From Paragordius varius (lineage: Eukaryota > Animalia > Nematomorpha): 64,000 nt of DNA. This document shows, piece after piece, positions 12,961-31,093 of this stretch; positions within the stretch are counted from its first letter, which is position 1; every line of letters begins with the position of its first letter. Where the stretch lies: positions 2,542,001 through 2,606,000 of the forward strand of contig OZ176053.1 of NCBI GenBank assembly GCA_964247055.1, written 5' to 3'. Below the pieces are notes generated by a model. The model was not told the DNA's origin. It ran no database searches and saw only the letters and a program-made list of their open reading frames with translations. Position numbers and translations under genes: made by a program.

Positions 12961-15360
12961 GTTGATTAAAATATTGTTAAAGCATTCCGCCCTTTTATAA
13001 AGTTCTAATCTGTTTTTTTTTGATTTTTTAAAAAAAAATGCTTCATTTTTTGGTTTGTTTAGCATCTCTTTCAAATATTTCTTTGAAGTCTTAGTAAAGA
13101 GTAAAAAAACCATCTTTTATTGCTTGAAACGGCCATTTTTAATATTTATATTTGGATTGTATTTTGCTATTTTAAATTTTTTAACCTAATAATATTTTTA
13201 AGGACTTAACAACGCATAATTTTCCTGGAAAAATATTGATTCAATCATTTATTTTTTTGACTAATTAGCTAGAAAAGTTTCATTTTTCCAATGTATTATG
13301 AGAATTTTGTTGTTATTTGACTTTATTAAACGGAGCCAGTTATGTTTTTTCAATTTAACGATCGATTTACCAATTAAAATCAAAACCCATATTTATTCCT
13401 TTGTATATTAAATTTGTTTTATGACAAATATAATCATCAATTATATATTATATGGATACAAATCTATCTATAAATAATTTAGGTGGATGTAACACTTTTA
13501 AGGTTAATAAAATTATATCGAATGTATAATCAATTTTTGATTTCTATATATTTATATAATTACCAATATAGCGGATTGAATTAATTACAGTTATATATAT
13601 ATAAATATATATATATATAATACAAACATTTAAATAATGTTACAAAAAAACATAACTGTTATACAATTAATTACTCTCAACAAACAATAAATCTAAAACA
13701 TTATTTGAAAGAAAAGGTGTTAAATGCATTGATTGATATTTCATTTTAACGGGTTTATTATCCTTTTTTATGACGTTTGTCTTATATTTTTTATAATTAT
13801 TACAATAGATTTTTCAGTATTAAAAATATATATTCATAAGGCGGCGGCAAAATAAACTTTATAATTTTCAAATATTGTTAATTTAATCAAAAAATTGATT
13901 TCAATAATATTGCTGTTTTTGTGAACAAAAAAATCCATAAACCTATAAATACACGCAATAAATATTTAACGTAATTTACTTTATAATTAACCTCAACTAG
14001 AATTTTTAAAATTGAATTTTAAATCAAATATAACAAAAATAAAAATTAACCATTTTTTAAGTGGGTTAAATACCAATATTATATTTATACAGAATAATTA
14101 ATACGAAATTCGATATACTTATTAATTGTATACTATGTTTTTATATACCAAAAAAAGTAGTTTTTTTATTCAATTAATTAAACATTACGCGTATACTAGA
14201 AAACAAAAGATATTCCTTTAAATCGTTTTTTTTTGAAAATTAAAAATGTAAATATATTTAAAAATCGAAATTATACATGTTACATATTTGGAGATTACAA
14301 ATTATAAGCAACAGTATATTAGATTATTTTTGATATAATAATGCGATTTGATAGAATTAAACAATCAATAATACGTTTTTTGTTTTTTAACTGTTATGAG
14401 ATTTTTTTATCAATCAATTAATTTATACCTTATTTTTTTCCTTTGTCTCTCTTTCTAATTACCAAATTAACCAAAGTTTAATGCACTCTATATTAAATAA
14501 TAATAAAAATGGTTGATATTTTGGAAAAACGAACTGTTATTTAAAACTATAAATTAATAATTTTATAATATTAAAATCCCAAAAAATATTTATTATTGGA
14601 ACATAATTTGATATATTGGGTTGCCACAATTTTAAAAAACTTCAATCGTCCAGAAAAATGAAAATTATTTTTTTCATTATTTTTTGAACATCTATTGACC
14701 CAAACTATGATTAAATAAAAAATTTTAATACATATCTTGCTGTAAGTATTAATTATGGTGTATATATAAAATAAATTTATAATTTTTAGTAATAAAATCT
14801 ATAATCCCCTATAATATTTATAGTGGATTATATAATTTAAAGGCTTCATATCATTTGTCATGAGTTTTATAGGGTTATCTATTAGGCAAGCGTTAATTAA
14901 TATTTTTTTATTATTTTTAACAAATACATCCATATTTTTATATAAAAATTATAGATTTTTTTAAACAATGTATTAACACCCTACCATCATTATTATCATA
15001 TCCCTAAAAGGAGAAAATAAAGATTTCGCCTGATTAATTTTCGTATTGCTGGTTTATTGTTTTAACGAGGATAGCATCAAAAAAAAATAATTAAGCAATT
15101 ATTGAATAATAATAAAAATAATAGGATGAAAAAAAATGAAGCGCAATAAAATAATGATTTATTTATTGATTATATAATTTATATTGGTAAAACATATTCA
15201 TTTGTATTTTAATTTTTTTAACAATGAACATATTAATAAATTTTTTTCCAAATTAATCGTTATTTCAATATGACAGATAGGTTGGAAGGTCGTCCGAGCA
15301 AAAAAGCAGAACCGTTTAACATATAAAAGAATAATTATCGATAAAATTTAGGAGAAAGGC

Positions 15361-15592
15361 ATTGTCAATTGTTTTACATCAACAATGGAAAAAATGACAA
15401 AACAAAAAACAATAAAAAAAAACTTAGATAAAACAATGTACTAATTTTTAATTTACGTGGATTTTGATGTGGTGTGATGGATAAAAAGCAGATGCGCGCT
15501 TTACTATAATTTTAATTTTATGCATGCTTAGGCAAGTCGGTAAAAACAATCAAAGATATTAGTATATTATTATTAACAATGTTTTAATTGTT
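15361..15592. promoter_or_regulatory. Cluster of Sox-type AACAAT/ATTGTT motifs ~1 kb upstream of the SoxD ATG
   Basis: Seven matches at 15368, 15381 (AACAATGG), 15408, 15432, 15545, 15575 and 15587. The last two form an inverted pair with a 6-bp spacer. Confidence 0.3.
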
Positions 15593-16264
15593 TAAACTTT
15601 TCTTGTTATAATAAAAATCAAAAATATCTTTAATATATGTATATTTATAACTACATTTATACATATCTAGATTTAAACATGAGCTGCAATAAATCTTTAA
15701 TATGTATAATTTTTGATCATCCTTTCAAAAATAGATTCCACCAAACTTTTAACATTTATGCATACAATCACAAAAAAGCAAAATTGATTGGGAAATATTA
15801 ATGATCCAATTAATATTTAAATGGATTTTTAATGGTCAATTATAAAATAAAATTATGGTTAACATTAAATTACTATAAAAATATTATATATAATCTGTTA
15901 TCATAAATTTTATGATTCAAAAGTACCCTTTCTTAAAATATATAGGGATTGATTTTTATCAAAATTATTTAAACAAAATTATGCCTATGCCTATATTAAT
16001 ATTTAAAAACAATAGACATTAATAATGATTTAAAGGAATAATATATAAATTAAACAAACATACATACAGGCACAGGTAAAACAAAGAAGGGATTTACATT
16101 AATGCAAATAAAGTACCGTTTTAATATATAAATAGTATAACCAAAAAATACAAATAAATATGTACTGGAAAATTAACAAAGACCTATTATTCCAAACATA
16201 TATCGATAGATATATTAAAACAAAGCGTTATTTGATTAGCTAATATCATTATTATAAATTTTTG

Positions 16265-16267
<3 letters not shown>

Positions 16268-16301
<34 letters not shown>
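16268..16301. repeat. (TA)n microsatellite
   Basis: Pure TA run. Similar runs at ~20389-20434, ~35865-35908, ~51413-51458 and ~52995-53042. Confidence 0.95.
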
Positions 16302-16307
<6 letters not shown>

Positions 16308-16587
16308 TGAACCCTATTAGGAAAAATCAATTAAATACAATATTTTTGTAGAATTAGCTATTCTCTTTATCTTTTTCGTATAACATTTATCAAATTAATC
16401 TATAGGATGTCACAAAACAATAACACCTATGATTATATTTAAAAAATCCATTAATAACTGTGGAAATAAGCTAATTATTCCGATTAACTTGAATGCATAA
16501 CAAAATTGATTTTGACACGATTTCCAAGCAAACTCCATAAAGATTATCGTTAATTCTAAGTTTTTTACCTCAATTTATTAATACATA

Positions 16588-19500
16588 ATGGAAAGTAATG
16601 GACCTTCTATCGCCATATTTAACCCACTCCAATTGAATTCACGAAATAACTCTGCATTTTTGGATTCATCTTCCGGGGTTAATTCGGGTAGCGAATCTTT
16701 ATCCCCCATATTACAAAATACTCAATGCATAACCTCTTCCATTAACTTGATTGGCACCAATTCTATGCCACCAAATTTTGATCGAATACATAAGGTAACT
16801 GTATCTAATAAAGATTACCTTACCAAAACTAATAAATTTAGTTTGCTGGATAGCGTTAATTTTAATTCATTTAATGGTAAAAAATCGGCGAAAAGAAGGA
16901 CTTTAATACAAAATATTTATGTCCCCTATGAAAATTGTCAGGAAGATCTTCAAAATTATCCATTTGCATCATCTCAAAAAATTCTAGTCATACCAAGGAA
17001 TCGTCTGCGAACTTTACTAGAAACTCCCATAACTATTGATATAAATGAGAAGATCAGACGATTAGATTGTCTTATAACGAAATTAATTTGCTTGAAAAAT
17101 CAAATAAAAGTGAAAAGTATAAAAGATGACAAATCCCATTTTAAGTGTGACCCAATCCTAATTGCACGAAAAAAGATCAAGAAAGCTTGTAAACAGGTAA
17201 TTAATTTATTACATGTATTGTAGATTATTTTTGTTAATTTTTTTAAATAAAATAAAGCGTTTTACGCACAGAATTTAATTTAAAATTCTTGATCTGTATT
17301 CCGTTAAATTTTTTTATCGGTACTCTCTATCGGTGAACAGATAAAAACAATCAAAATATGATTACCTTTCTCCCAATATCGTTAACCATTATTATAACAT
17401 TTAATTTTAAAAATAGAAAAAAGGTAAAACAATTAATTTTAGGGCTTCTTCGTGTTTAATTTTCAATGGACTGACTCTTAATGGAATAAAATTGGATATG
17501 CCCACGAAATTAATAAAAATCATGAAATTAAACTATTTCAATTTTCCGGTTTACATAATACATTTTTCAAGCAAGTTGTTTTGCAAATATCATTTTTATT
17601 TCTACCTTTGTCGAACTCTGGCACATTTTATAATTGATATATATACATAAAACTATTGTCAAATGACAAAATAATTTTTTGTTCCCACAATAAAATTGTA
17701 TAATTCTTAGTAAATGAGTGAGTGTACTTGTTAAATAAACACCTAATTATCATTTTTTTGTTACAACAATATCTATGTATAAGGATTTTTATACTTTTCA
17801 AAAAAATCTGGTTAGTTATAATTAATGCATTGCGGTAATAATTGCATTGTATTGATATTGGTCATTTATATTGTTTTAAAGAATATTCCGCGAAGATGTG
17901 TTTTTTATGTAATGAATTATGTTTTTAATTATCAATGTAGTTTTTGAAAAAAGAACATTAATTTTCAATGACCATTTCCGTTTAATTTAATATTTATATC
18001 ATAACATAATAAATATATTTTATCAATACAAAATAAAAATATCAGAATTTCTATATTACAATTTATACCATGTCCTTATATATCAATAAATAATTTTTTT
18101 AAATCATAACTAATACATTTTTTATTATTAAACTCAATTCAAAAGAAAAAATTAAAAAGTGGAAGTTTTAAATTCATTCATTACAACAAACAGTCCGAAA
18201 TAACCCGCAATAAAAATTGGGTTTCCGCTCAAAAAAGAAAATTGGAACATACCAAGGCACCAAACTTTTCATTAATTCCAAACTCAGGTAATTTTAATTT
18301 TATTAAATTAAATGTTTTATGCGGGTTTTTCTGTGAAATAAACTTTTTATTAATTGGAAATTATTAAATTCAGGGATGCTTTAATTTACTCAAAACTGGA
18401 GTGGCCAACATGCGGCTCTTCAAAATATTATTGCGGCAAGCGAAAAATATCAACTGAAATTTATTTTCTTAAACAAATTTTCTGGTTAAGTTTTTCCAAA
18501 TTTCAGCAGTCAGTTGGAAAAATTGTAAACATAAACAGTGGTTTTTGCAGTCTTATGTTTGAAATTTAATAAAATAATTAATATAATATCCATATATTTT
18601 GCGGATGCGGTTGATCGGGTTTTTTTAGTGCAAAATGGGGCCCGCGAAGCCATTTGCGTTTGATTCAAAACATAAATTTCTAATTAGGGTACAAGTGGAA
18701 TCTTTGTCGAAAACAAACCATAAAAAAATTATTTTTGTCTGTTTTATTAATTAGAACAAATGAAATTACCAATCATACCCGTGGTTGAAAATTGCAATAC
18801 ACCCTTATCAAATATTGCGAATGATGTCTCTAAAACCCTAGACTGGCCATTTTATTCAAATCCATTTTACAATGCCCTAAACAATAATACGCAAGTTTTA
18901 AAGCCCCAAAAATTCAATTTCAATTCCAACAATAATTATCATGGATATGAACATCTTTTATGTAATAACACTTTTATGAATTACTATACATCATTGCTAC
19001 AAAATAATTTGTATATGGGAAAACAACAGTGTTCTCCATTGCACGCAAACAACCATAGTTTTTGGCCCACGCAACATAATATGCAATTGAATCATCCAAC
19101 GTTAATAAATGCCTATTTAGCTTATTTTTATCATCAACAACAGCAGCAACATAATATGTTTGTCAACCAATTTATACCTCCATCAAATACTCCAAACTAT
19201 GAACAAAACATAACCCCGTCCCCAACGTCACCCTCTGAATTAGCTAAGGATAATTGCTCAGTTTTTGATATAAAAAAGACTTCATCAATTGTTTCAATGG
19301 ATCAAAATGTAGAGCAGATACCCAGCGGTGTACAAAAAAATGCAGAGATGACCCCAGAAAAGTCTTTTGACCATATGTCATCCAACGCAACTTACAATAA
19401 CATAAATGAACAATTCAACAAATTTATGGTACAATATTTTACTTGTCCTACTTTATCACATCCTTTACCATCATCCCATAGCTATGGAAATTATTTCAGT

Positions 19501-20384
19501 TTACATAATAATAATGAAAATGGAAATAACACAAATACATTTGGTGACAAAATCAATGACATTAAAAAAGTAGGACTAGTAAGCAAAAAAGATCATATAA
19601 TCAATAATAATAATGTTAATTTTGGGGACTATAAGAATACTGGTATATGTAATGGTGAAACGAAAATAAAACAGCACCAACAGATTGTTGTTAATTGTTG
19701 CAGGAATGATGAGCTTTCAAGCATAAATAATGAGAGGAGGAGCCCTTGTAATATACCACTTGATAAACCATCAACTGAACTTTATGAATACGCTGAGAGT
19801 CAAAAACAAATGTCTTTATCACAAAGTACCCTGGTTGATACTAATGATTTTTGCATACCTAGCCATGCTGCGGACAGAAATGCAGTGTTAGACACAAAAA
19901 ATAATGCAATGTGTATGATAGAAACTGCTAATTCTCTCCTTAAAAGTACTTGTTTTTTTTAAATTCTGTCTCAAAAATGTCATTTTTGATTCATCGAAAT
20001 TAATAGCCTTAGTTTAGTTTAGATGTTAAATATAATTAAATAGAAAGGTACTTAAATAAGGGTCATATCAAAAAATGGCATTTTAGGCCCATATCAATCA
20101 TCAGTGCAAAAGTAATAGCCAAATTAATTTAAAAAATGCTTTTAAACCTTATTTGCCGACTATTTTTGTTCGTTAACTTATCGTTATGGTGAGCTGTGGG
20201 TTAATACTGATAGAAAATACCATTTTTATTTTTGTACGATAAAAAAAAACACCTGCATCAGGCCGCCAACATTAAATTTCGAAGTAAATTTTATTTGTGC
20301 AGTTTCATGCTTTTCACAAATAACGCATTGAAGTATCTATAACTTTTTATAAATATATAGATTAGATCCTAATTAACTTTCTTA

Positions 20385-20439
<55 letters not shown>

Positions 20440-22063
20440 ACCATTAGAGAGTGGTGGTAAAAGACGAAAAGATGGCAATCAACATGTTAAACGACCCATG
20501 AATGCATTTATGGTTTGGGCCAAAGATGAAAGGAAACGAATCCTAAACGAATGTCCGGACATGCACAACTCTAGTATTAGTAAAATTCTAGGTATTAGAC
20601 AACAAATTTTGTAATTTTTTATTTTTGATGATAAACACCGTCTCCCTTATTACCTTAAACCAACAAGGGTTTTTCCTATAATTTTAAGAATATGTAATTT
20701 TAGCGTTAGTACTGAGGGTGTTAATGCTTTTAATCATTATTATAACTTAATTACCATAAAAACTAGTTTTTACCATATGAGTAAATGTCATTATACTAAT
20801 AGAGTAAAGATTGGAATTATACTATGGACAAAACGTAAAATTTAAAGGCAAATATTTTTTTCTAACATATAACCCCATACTTTTTTTTGATTATTTTAAA
20901 TGTAACTCATTGTATTAAATTGCAAATTATAAAATAGGGATGTAAATTGGTAACACAATCTATTATGTATATTACGATTGTAAAATGATTTTTATCGGAT
21001 AATTTAAGTATGATTGTGTTTTGAAATGCGTATAATTTCAATTTTTACTGTAATATCAAACTCTACTTTCATACTTTGGTTCCAATATTGGAAGAAGGGG
21101 TGTTAATTTAACAAAACCCATAAATTTATGATAAAAGAGTAATTAATAATTTAACTCTGAATCTAAAAAATATGGTTAGGTGCCAAATGGAAAGCCATGA
21201 CAAATCTGGAAAAACAACCGTTTTACGATGAACAAACACGTCTTAGTAAAGAACACATGGAAACACATCCCGATTATCGGTATAAACCAAGGCCAAAACG
21301 GACTTGTATTATTAATGGCAAAAAATTGCGAATATCCGAATATAAAGAATTGATTCGAACGCAAAAAGCAATAAATTTCAATGGTACATCACAGGTAAAT
21401 AATGTGTGGGCCGTTAAAGTCTCTAATTTAGAAAAAATGTAGTTTGATTTGTGTTTTATAGGAATGTTATTGATGGTTTATTTGCATTAAATATAAATAC
21501 CGTTGTTACATTGTCCATTAATGAAATATGACTGAAATGCATTCAATGAAATTTCAGTTATACATTAAATTTATGACAAAACGTATACATTTTTTTCAAA
21601 AGATATCCATATTTTTTCAAACCTAACCATTCCTTTTAATACAATTACAGAATAATTAATTGATTGTGTTATCAAATACATATATATTTTATATATGCAA
21701 TAAATATATTTAACTAAAATACTGTGTTAAAAAGTCCAACGGTACTTTCAAAATTTTTCTTTATATTTTAACGTTTTATGGGTATAATATCAATTTTTAC
21801 TGTATATTACAAAATAAATCTACTCCTATATAAAAGGGTTAATGTTTTCAAGTTTAAAAACATTTTGGAAAAATATAAGTTTAAATTTTTGTCGACGGCT
21901 TAAATTAGTATAATAAACCAGGCTTGGATAGATGTATTAATAAATATATAAATTTTTTAAAATATATTCTATTTTTCATCATAAACAGATTCATGAAAAT
22001 TCAGAAAAACTTCATCATACATTTCATGACAATGAAAATTTTATATTCCCAGGTATCTCATAA
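16588..22063 (+). CDS. SoxD: SoxD-group HMG-box transcription factor (Sox5/6/13-like), ~775 aa
   Basis: Exons 16588-17196, 18194-18287, 18755-19945, 20448-20591, 21180-21394 and 21989-22063 join in frame. HMG box [21 protein letters not shown]...[27 protein letters not shown] carries the SoxD-specific tail. Exon 1 has the SoxD-like coiled coil [20 protein letters not shown]. Non-HMG exon boundaries are less certain. Confidence 0.9.
20801..21050. mobile_element. Tc1/mariner-type MITE, CAGTAAAAATTG family, in SoxD intron
   Basis: Right end TAATTTCAATTTTTACTG|TA. The degenerate left end and interior match 27183-27459. Confidence 0.65.
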
Positions 22064-22597
22064 TATGCATTTTTTCGACCTCATCAATTACATAGCATAT
22101 TAACAAAAAATTTAAATATCATTCATTCACTGCCATATACATATTACATTTAGTTACATATCAAATCATTGCAATGAAAATAAAACACCAAAAAAAGATC
22201 TCATATATACCCATATATATATATTGACTAATTTTATTTTGTTATAATATATTACTATAAAAAAATAATTCTGATCAACGGAATAGTTCGCTCAGGGATT
22301 GCATTATATATGCTCATTTTTATAAACTCTGTATATTCTATAAAAATAATATTAAATTCAACAATTCTAAGATCTACCCTAATAACCGATGATCTATCTA
22401 TATCTTTGCAATATAAATCATACAAAAGTTATGGCGTGCGGTGATTTTTTTCGCAATATAATATATTTTTATTATCTTACTGCAAATCCGTTAAAATATA
22501 TTCCAATAATACCTCAAACATAAAAATTAGACCTCGATATTTATTATATATGTATATATATATGCATATAAAAAATACTCAGCATCATTGTTTTAAG

Positions 22598-22840
22598 TAG
22601 GGTTTCCAACACAGATGGCTTCGCGGGCCGCATTTAGAAGATACATATAAATTAACAAACATTTAATCAGTTTTAGAAAGATTGTAAAAAACAACTATTT
22701 GTTTCAACATTTTTTGCTACTTCATTGCCAAAAATGCCAAAATATTTATCAGGATATTTGTTATTTTTTTCGGTTTCGTAAAATTTTATATTTGAAATTT
22801 CTCGCGGACCGGGGGCCAGACCAAGTGTTGGACATCCCTG
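22598..22840. mobile_element. hAT-type MITE
   Basis: Ends TAGGGTTTCCAACAC / GTGTTGGACATCCCTG with subterminal GCGGGCCGC; flanks GTTTTAAG vs TTTTAAAG are imperfect. Related remnants near 18400-18660, 43150, 45060-45320, 46430, 47650-47945 and 61940. Confidence 0.6.
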
Positions 22841-23579
22841 TTTTAAAGCCTATCTGATTGATTTTACAATACAAATTTATTTAAATATATGTATATATAC
22901 AATACGTCATTTTACTACATTAATTTATACAAAGATTAAATATGTAAAAATAACCAACAAAGTTATGCATAATGTCCTATAAATTAATTAGGGACACACA
23001 CCAATCATTTTTTTTCAGTTATACCATTAATAATTGATTAATTAAAGTGCTGCGTTTGCAAGCGAATCATACTATCTTATTATATATTAAATATCAATAT
23101 TTTTCATAAGGTAAATATATATATATATATATATGTATGAAATGATATAAATAATTAAAATATTATACTATATATTATTGTATATTATGTATAAATAAAT
23201 TATATATATATATATATCTATTAAACATTATTTGGGCTAATTTGAAGATATGTTTTAGTTAGAAATAAAGTATATCAAAGCATGGATGTAGTCAATTATA
23301 TACAAAAAATGAGTATGTTGTAATTCCCAATTACTTGCAAAATTTTTGTAAAATAAAATATATTTCCAACATTTATCAATTCGCCACACTTAATAAAAAG
23401 AGTGATTGTGTTTTGCATTCTATTAACCCATTAATCATAAATATTATAAAGATTTTAGGAATATGTAATACTTGAATTCACAGCATGCTAACTCAATTTT
23501 ATTTTTTTGTCATACAAATGCATGTCATCAGGATATTCGGATTTTTTTAGCTAAAGATTCTTCCTCCCTATGTAAAAGA

Positions 23580-23846
23580 GAGTAAAAACTGAAATTATAC
23601 GGACAAAATGTAAAAATATAAAGACAAATATTTGTTTTTCAAAAGACAACCATACTCTTTAAAACCTTAATTTTTCTATGTATTATATATTTAAACAATT
23701 ATAAAATATATAATTGATTGTGCTACCAATAAACATATCAATTTCACATTTTGCAATTTTAAGCAATTTATATTTAAAAATTAATAATTTTTGTCAAAAA
23801 AGATGTCTATTTTTACGTTTTGTCCGTATAATTTCAAATTTTACTG
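23580..23846. mobile_element. Tc1/mariner-type MITE, CAGTAAAAATTG family
   Basis: GTAAAAACTGAAATTATACGGACAAAATGTAAAA ... TTTTACGTTTTGTCCGTATAATTTCAAATTTTACTG|TA. Confidence 0.8.
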
Positions 23847-25186
23847 TACTATAAATTTATTTTTAATTAATATATTTTTTCCAATTTTTGTTATAAAAAT
23901 CACAATAGCATGCGAATTTTGAGGCTTGTTTATTAATCATATGGAATTTTCGAAAAAGTTTTTTAATTTCATATAGTTTGATATAATTTTCATTTTATAA
24001 GGCTATATTAAAAAAGTACTTTTGGATTGGTAAGTAGTCTGTTAGCGGTCGTTCTAAATCCAAGTTTTCATATAAAACCTATTATGAATAAAAATATTGC
24101 GTTCAAAATATCAAGCGAATGCTTTACGATAAAACTATCTGCTAATTAGCATTTAATAATAAATCACATATACATTGAACCCGTTAATTAATGTCTTAAA
24201 TACGGTATCTCAGGATATTAAGGTCATGAATATGCAAAATATTAATTTTTAATACAAAAAAGTATGCCCTCCATTTTTTACTTTATACAAAAAAACGTAT
24301 TGGGATTCAATGAATATGTTACAACTAATAAAAAAATATAAGGAATAAAATAAATGGTTCCACATATTCAGTAAAAATGGTTATTCGACATCGTTTATAA
24401 TATCTTATATTCAAAAAAATAGTTCAACATGCCTAGTTTCCACAATAACATTACAAAATTGCTTTATTATTGTGATTGATACAATGTGAATAAATAGCGA
24501 CAAATGTTAAACACGGTTTTGTATTCATTTTTTGATATACAATTTGCACTTCAAGAGTGTCCATGAACATTTCAAGTTGGTCCTTTAACATTTAAAATTG
24601 GTTAAAACTTTAAAGTTTGGATTTAAACAAAGACCGATTTGCAATGTTTAAGAACCCACTAGAAGATTCACGATTAAAGTGCAAGTAATATATTAAATTA
24701 ATGCCCGATTAACTAGCTAAAACATTGATTACCATAAATTTCAATAACCCAAAAATAAACACAGCAACAATAACACATAATAGATGTTAAGAATATTAAT
24801 GTTTCGCCAATTAATTTTGAAAAATATTATTCAAATGTCAATTATAATGCTTACGTATAAATCACTTTTTATTGATTAAATGTCCCCAATTAATGCAATT
24901 ATACATTTTATATCTTTAAATAACACATAACAAAAGACGGAAACCCAACATGCATAATATTGTACAAAAAGTCATTTGATTCAAAATAAAACAATTATAA
25001 ATTAGAATGTTTTCATACAAAATAAAAAAGAATTACGTAATTTTCCGATGTTGGGTTCGATTTATCATGCTGGCTTATCAGGGTGTCAATATCATGTGCA
25101 ATCTGGAATTAAACATATTAAATAAAAAACACATTTAACATTTTTTTTAGTAAAAAATGATATATTTTAAATATTAAAATATTTGA

Positions 25187-30535
<5,349 letters not shown>

Positions 30536-31093
30536 CTGTTATCGCAAGAACCACATATGAGATTTGTACCTTCACAGAAGTTTGTTTTGCTTACTCGGAA
30601 TTCGTAATACTTAATTGATAACAAAGTTTATGGAAGAATCATCTTATCTAAACATTATTTTATATTATATTTATTAAAACTACCAAAATAAGTCATCCTT
30701 ATGACTGTGAAACTTATGATCCTGCATTTATTAGCACAGCAGTATATTCTTGTTCAATGTTGTGGCGATATCTTTTGTATTTATCTTAAATGAATTTTTT
30801 GGATAAAGTGCCCGTTTACACTATAAAAAATGGTTTGTTATATTTAATGAATATTTTACTGAAATAATTTTGCCGGCTTTATCGTTATTTGGTTTAATTC
30901 AGTTTCACCAACTATATTATAAATAGTTTGGTAGTTTTCGCTTACTTATTCTGACAAAAATAATATTAAAAACATAGCAAGATTTTAAAAAACAGTGTGG
31001 TAACCGATTTACCGTTTTTTAAAAATTTTATAGGTTTCGGTTTTACAAAATTGCGACGATTCTCTAAAAAACGACTGAAAAATCAACCATAAG

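Noticed and set aside
11651-12969. ORFs 11651..12010, 11673..11867, 12407..12613 and 12715..12969
   Set aside because: They lie in the tandem array and Helitron-like cassette, have no recognisable domain, and are explained by locally higher GC.
20270-20361. Isolated Helitron-type 5' terminus (A|TCTATATATTTATAAAA, minus strand) in a SoxD intron
   Set aside because: No matching interior or hairpin-CTRR 3' end was found.
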